A stretch of DNA of 64,000 nucleotides from Yuukianura sp. NJ FZ-2021 (lineage: Eukaryota). The notes under the pieces were generated by a model, which saw only the letters and a list, made by a program, of their open reading frames with translations, was not told the origin of the DNA and searched no databases. Shown here piece after piece: positions 60,988 to 64,000 of the stretch. The DNA lies in assembly GCA_046563655.1 (NCBI GenBank), contig CM102289.1, positions 8,060,001-8,124,000 on the forward strand. The letters run 5' to 3'. Within the stretch, counting starts at the first letter, position 1. The number at the start of each line of letters is the position of its first letter. Position numbers and translations under genes: made by a program.

Positions 60988-61021
60988 TCTGCATATAGAA
61001 GATTTAGGGTTAGAACTTACA

Positions 61022-64000
61022 CTAAGTAAACCGTGCAGGTTTACGGATCTGTCGCCCTGCGCGTGTGACATAGGGCGCTTGCGATGTTTTGGTCCTGTCA
61101 ATGTCGATTTTGCCGACCCTTTCCTCTTCCGAGGACTCACTACTGCTCTCGCAACTGTCCTCGCTAATCGAGGTTGCGGTAGAGCTACTGTCATTCTTTT
61201 CGTCGTCAGAAGTCAGAGGCGACGATGACGTAGGTATTGTAAAGTTTTGAAGTACTGGAGGCGGAGCATTGCCTTCCCCAACTTGATTCGCTGCTACTCC
61301 CGGAGCAGCTTCAGGGGTCGCGAATTCGAGTAGGGACTCGGAGTACGGCTTAAGGTGATCGATGTGGGCCCGAACATGAGGTGCGTCGGGATCGGCGCGT
61401 GGCACGCACCAGTACGAGAGTGGGGAGTGTTTCTTGGTGACGACATAAGGTCCACGGTATCGCATCGCAAGTTTGCGGGAAGTACCGGGTGCTGGTTTGT
61501 GAACCTTGATGAGTACAAGGTCCCCTTCATTGTATTCGAAATCCCGTCGGCCGACGTTAAAGAGTTTGCATTGGCGTTGTTGGCTCTGTTGGAGACCTTT
61601 GCGTGCCGCGTCTCGTGCTTCCTGCATTCGCCGAATGCGCGTCGGAATGTCGGTGGATAGTCGGACTGTGTCGTACACGATGTCAAGAGGGTGATAGGGA
61701 TGGCGACCGTAAAGGATATAATAGCTGCTATATCCAGTAGAGTCCTTGTGCACTGCAGTGTTGAGTGCAAAAACGGCGGATCCAAGATATTTGTCCCAGT
61801 TGCGCTGGTTCGACGAAACGTAGTTGGTGAGGATTTCTTCAATGCTACGGTTGTTCCGTTCCACCAACCCATTAGTCCTGCTGTGGTATGGCGATGAATA
61901 GACGTTGGTCGTCCCGATCAGGGAGTTGAATTGCTTGAAGAACGAAGCGGTGAATGTAGAGGCGTTATCCGTAAGGATCGTTTTGAAGACGCCGTGGATT
62001 TGGATGATTTCCATAAGGAAATCTAGCATCGTTTTTGTCGTATTGTGGCGTATGGCCTTAGCGTAGACGTATCGTGAGAGGAACTCGACTAGGACGACAA
62101 TGTACTTATTTCTCGACTTTGTAGAGGGCAGGGGCCCGATGACATCTACACTGACTCGGTCGAAGAGGTCACCGACTGGGATGGGTGACAATAGTCCAGC
62201 GGGATGTGTGTTCCGGACCCGGCGCTTCTGACAGATGGCACAGTTCCGTACGTAGTCGGTTATAAGCGCGTCGAGCTTGAACGCGAAAATGCTGTTCCGA
62301 GCCCTGGCAAGGGTTCGGGCGACGCCTAAGTGACCCATGAGTACGTCGTCGTGGAAACGAGGTAGAACGGAGTGCATCATGTGCTTCGGGATGACTGGAA
62401 GGTTGGTCTTCGTTAGTTTGCATTTGTATTGTAGGAGGCCGTCATCTACAGTGAAGCGTTTGTGGAGCTTGCTCCTAGCGTTTGTAGTGAGAGTAGCTAA
62501 GATTTTCTGGAGCTTCTCGTCGTTTTGTTGTTGTTGTATGAGCTCGGTACGCGAATCTATCGGGGTAACAAATTGCATTGCGTACCAGTGTACTGGGAAC
62601 TCATCAGTAAATGTCGCAGCGTGATCCTCCACAGGGAAACGTGAGAGGCAGTCTGCTTGAACGTGGCTTTTCCCATTGACGTGCTTTATTATGTAGTCCA
62701 CGTCCTGGAGTCGTAATGCCCAACGTGCCAGGCGCGAGTTGCGCAAATTCCTGCACGTTTTGAGGTAGCAGAGGGCGTGATGATCGACCACAATCGTAAA
62801 GGCTTTGAAGCCAATATACTCTCGAAATTTTTCAATTCCCCACAGAACTGCTAAGCATTCCTGTTCACTGGTGTTGTAGCGTTCCTCAGCGCCACGGTAG
62901 GTGCGGCTGGCGTAAGCCACCACGCGTAAGGTGTCCTCCTCTCGCTGTTGGAGAATGGCGGCAATGCCCTTGTTCGATGCGTCTGTGTGTAACTCGAGTT
63001 CTGCATTCTCATTAAAGAATGCGAGGATGGGTGCGGAAACCAAACATTGGCGAAGGGAATCGAAGGCTCCCTGTTCCTGGTCGCCCCACTGAAAAGCTAC
63101 GGTACTTTTGGTGAGCTCAGTCAGTGGTTTTGCAATTTGGCTGTAGTTCTTGATGAAACGACGGTAGTATCCAGTACAGCCAAGGAACGTCCGAACTTCG
63201 TGAACGTTGGTGGGAGGTCGCATCTCAGTGATGGCCTTAACTTTGTCAGGGTTGACGGCAACTCCATCCCCCGTAATTATGTGACCAAGGAGTGCTAGTT
63301 TCGTCTGCCCGAAATAGCATTTCGGGGGTTGAAGAGTAAGGTTGTAAGCACGAAACTGTCGGAAGACATTTTCCAAGTTGGCCAAATGTGACTGAAAATC
63401 TTTGGCGAAGACGCATACATCGTCCAGGTATGCAGTACAAATGGAGTGGATTCGCGTTCCAAGAACTGTCTTCATAAATGCGCTAAAGGCAGCTGGAGCG
63501 CAAGTTAAGCCGAATCCCATGTAGAGGTGTTCGTAAGCGCCAGCATGAGTCACAAAGCTCGTCTTTTCTACGTCGTCCGGATGAATCGGGATTTGGAAGT
63601 AGCCGGACATCAGATCCAGGCAAGAGAAGTACTTGGCGCCATTCAGAGAAGCCAATAGTTCAGAAATTACTGGCATAGGCCAGTTGATGGTTTTGGTCAC
63701 GAAGTTGAGTTTCCTCCAGTCGATGACCATCCGGTATTTGTCGCTGTTCGGTTTCTTAACTAGAGAAACTCCAGCGGCCCAAGGGGAGCGGCTTTCTCGA
63801 ATAATTCCTGCTTGTAGAAGTTTGTCGACTTCTTCTTCAATTATTTTCTTCTCTGCTGGACTCTTCTTGTAAGGTGGGCAGCTTACTGGTAGTGCGTCGC
63901 CAGTGTCTATACGGAAAGTGACATCTTTGGCTTTACCAAGTTGGTCCAAATTCCAAGCGAAGATGTCGCCATATTCTAAAATGAGAGCACGGAGTTGCGC
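61022..64000 (-). CDS. pol: Pol polyprotein (RT, RNase H, integrase), 5'-truncated by the window edge
   Basis: SPWAAGVSLVKK, RMVIDWRKLN, YFSCLDLMSGYFQI, YLDD, ELHTDASNKGIAAIL, EQECLAVLW, HHCC (HDDVLMGH..CAIC), VDVIGP/TDNA/VERNN DDE core, GPY motif, C-terminal TRAGRQIRKPARF. Confidence 0.98.
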   Translation of the reverse strand, partial: AQLRALILEYGDIFAWNLDQLGKAKDVTFRIDTGDALPVSCPPYKKSPAEKKIIEEEVDKLLQAGIIRESRSPWAAGVSLVKKPNSDKYRMVIDWRKLNFVTKTINWPMPVISELLASLNGAKYFSCLDLMSGYFQIPIHPDDVEKTSFVTHAGAYEHLYMGFGLTCAPAAFSAFMKTVLGTRIHSICTAYLDDVCVFAKDFQSHLANLENVFRQFRAYNLTLQPPKCYFGQTKLALLGHIITGDGVAVNPDKVKAITEMRPPTNVHEVRTFLGCTGYYRRFIKNYSQIAKPLTELTKSTVAFQWGDQEQGAFDSLRQCLVSAPILAFFNENAELELHTDASNKGIAAILQQREEDTLRVVAYASRTYRGAEERYNTSEQECLAVLWGIEKFREYIGFKAFTIVVDHHALCYLKTCRNLRNSRLARWALRLQDVDYIIKHVNGKSHVQADCLSRFPVEDHAATFTDEFPVHWYAMQFVTPIDSRTELIQQQQNDEKLQKILATLTTNARSKLHKRFTVDDGLLQYKCKLTKTNLPVIPKHMMHSVLPRFHDDVLMGHLGVARTLARARNSIFAFKLDALITDYVRNCAICQKRRVRNTHPAGLLSPIPVGDLFDRVSVDVIGPLPSTKSRNKYIVVLVEFLSRYVYAKAIRHNTTKTMLDFLMEIIQIHGVFKTILTDNASTFTASFFKQFNSLIGTTNVYSSPYHSRTNGLVERNNRSIEEILTNYVSSNQRNWDKYLGSAVFALNTAVHKDSTGYSSYYILYGRHPYHPLDIVYDTVRLSTDIPTRIRRMQEARDAARKGLQQSQQRQCKLFNVGRRDFEYNEGDLVLIKVHKPAPGTSRKLAMRYRGPYVVTKKHSPLSYWCVPRADPDAPHVRAHIDHLKPYSESLLEFATPEAAPGVAANQVGEGNAPPPVLQNFTIPTSSSPLTSDDEKNDSSSTATSISEDSCESSSESSEEERVGKIDIDRTKTSQAPYVTRAGRQIRKPARFT

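Larger units (their letters stand above)
56704..64000 (-). mobile_element. Ty3/Gypsy (Metaviridae) LTR retrotransposon/endogenous retrovirus-like element with env and an extra ORF; 5' part beyond the window
   Basis: Uninterrupted pol (RT-RH-IN order), env, ORF3 and 3' LTR. Abrupt rise in GC relative to the host genes. Confidence 0.95.

Noticed and set aside
60988..61194. 69-aa N-terminal extension of env overlapping the pol 3' end, as given by the ORF track
   Set aside because: The signal peptide starts at ATG 60987 right after a canonical splice acceptor. The extension is basic, not signal-like, and likely a by-product of the overlap.

Overview
AT-rich eukaryotic DNA, probably arthropod (short GT-AG introns, TCAGTT initiators, Dscam). 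Host genes left to right: a possible small secreted-peptide gene (-), a UMA-domain UBAP1-like gene (-), SMARCE1/BAP111 (+), a FAM151/menorin-family gene (+), an acidic type I membrane protein (+), a complete non-hypervariable Dscam-family gene (+, ~21.1-46.7 kb), two tandem L-xylulose-reductase-like SDR genes (-), an integrin alpha (-) and V-ATPase subunit E (-). The Dscam introns hold an antisense nested 4-exon gene and several MITEs. The last 7.3 kb is the 3' part of an apparently intact, GC-richer Ty3/Gypsy LTR element (-) with pol (RT-RNaseH-IN), a class I fusion-type env, an extra 416-aa ORF and the 3' LTR. By manual comparison the extra ORF resembles the exonuclease+HRDC core of Rrp6/EXOSC10 (RNase D family) with the catalytic acidic residues apparently lost, and it has its own splice acceptor. 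This suggests a complex endogenous retrovirus-like element carrying a captured pseudo-nuclease, a candidate antagonist of host RNA surveillance. All homologies are from motif recognition by eye; no searches were run.
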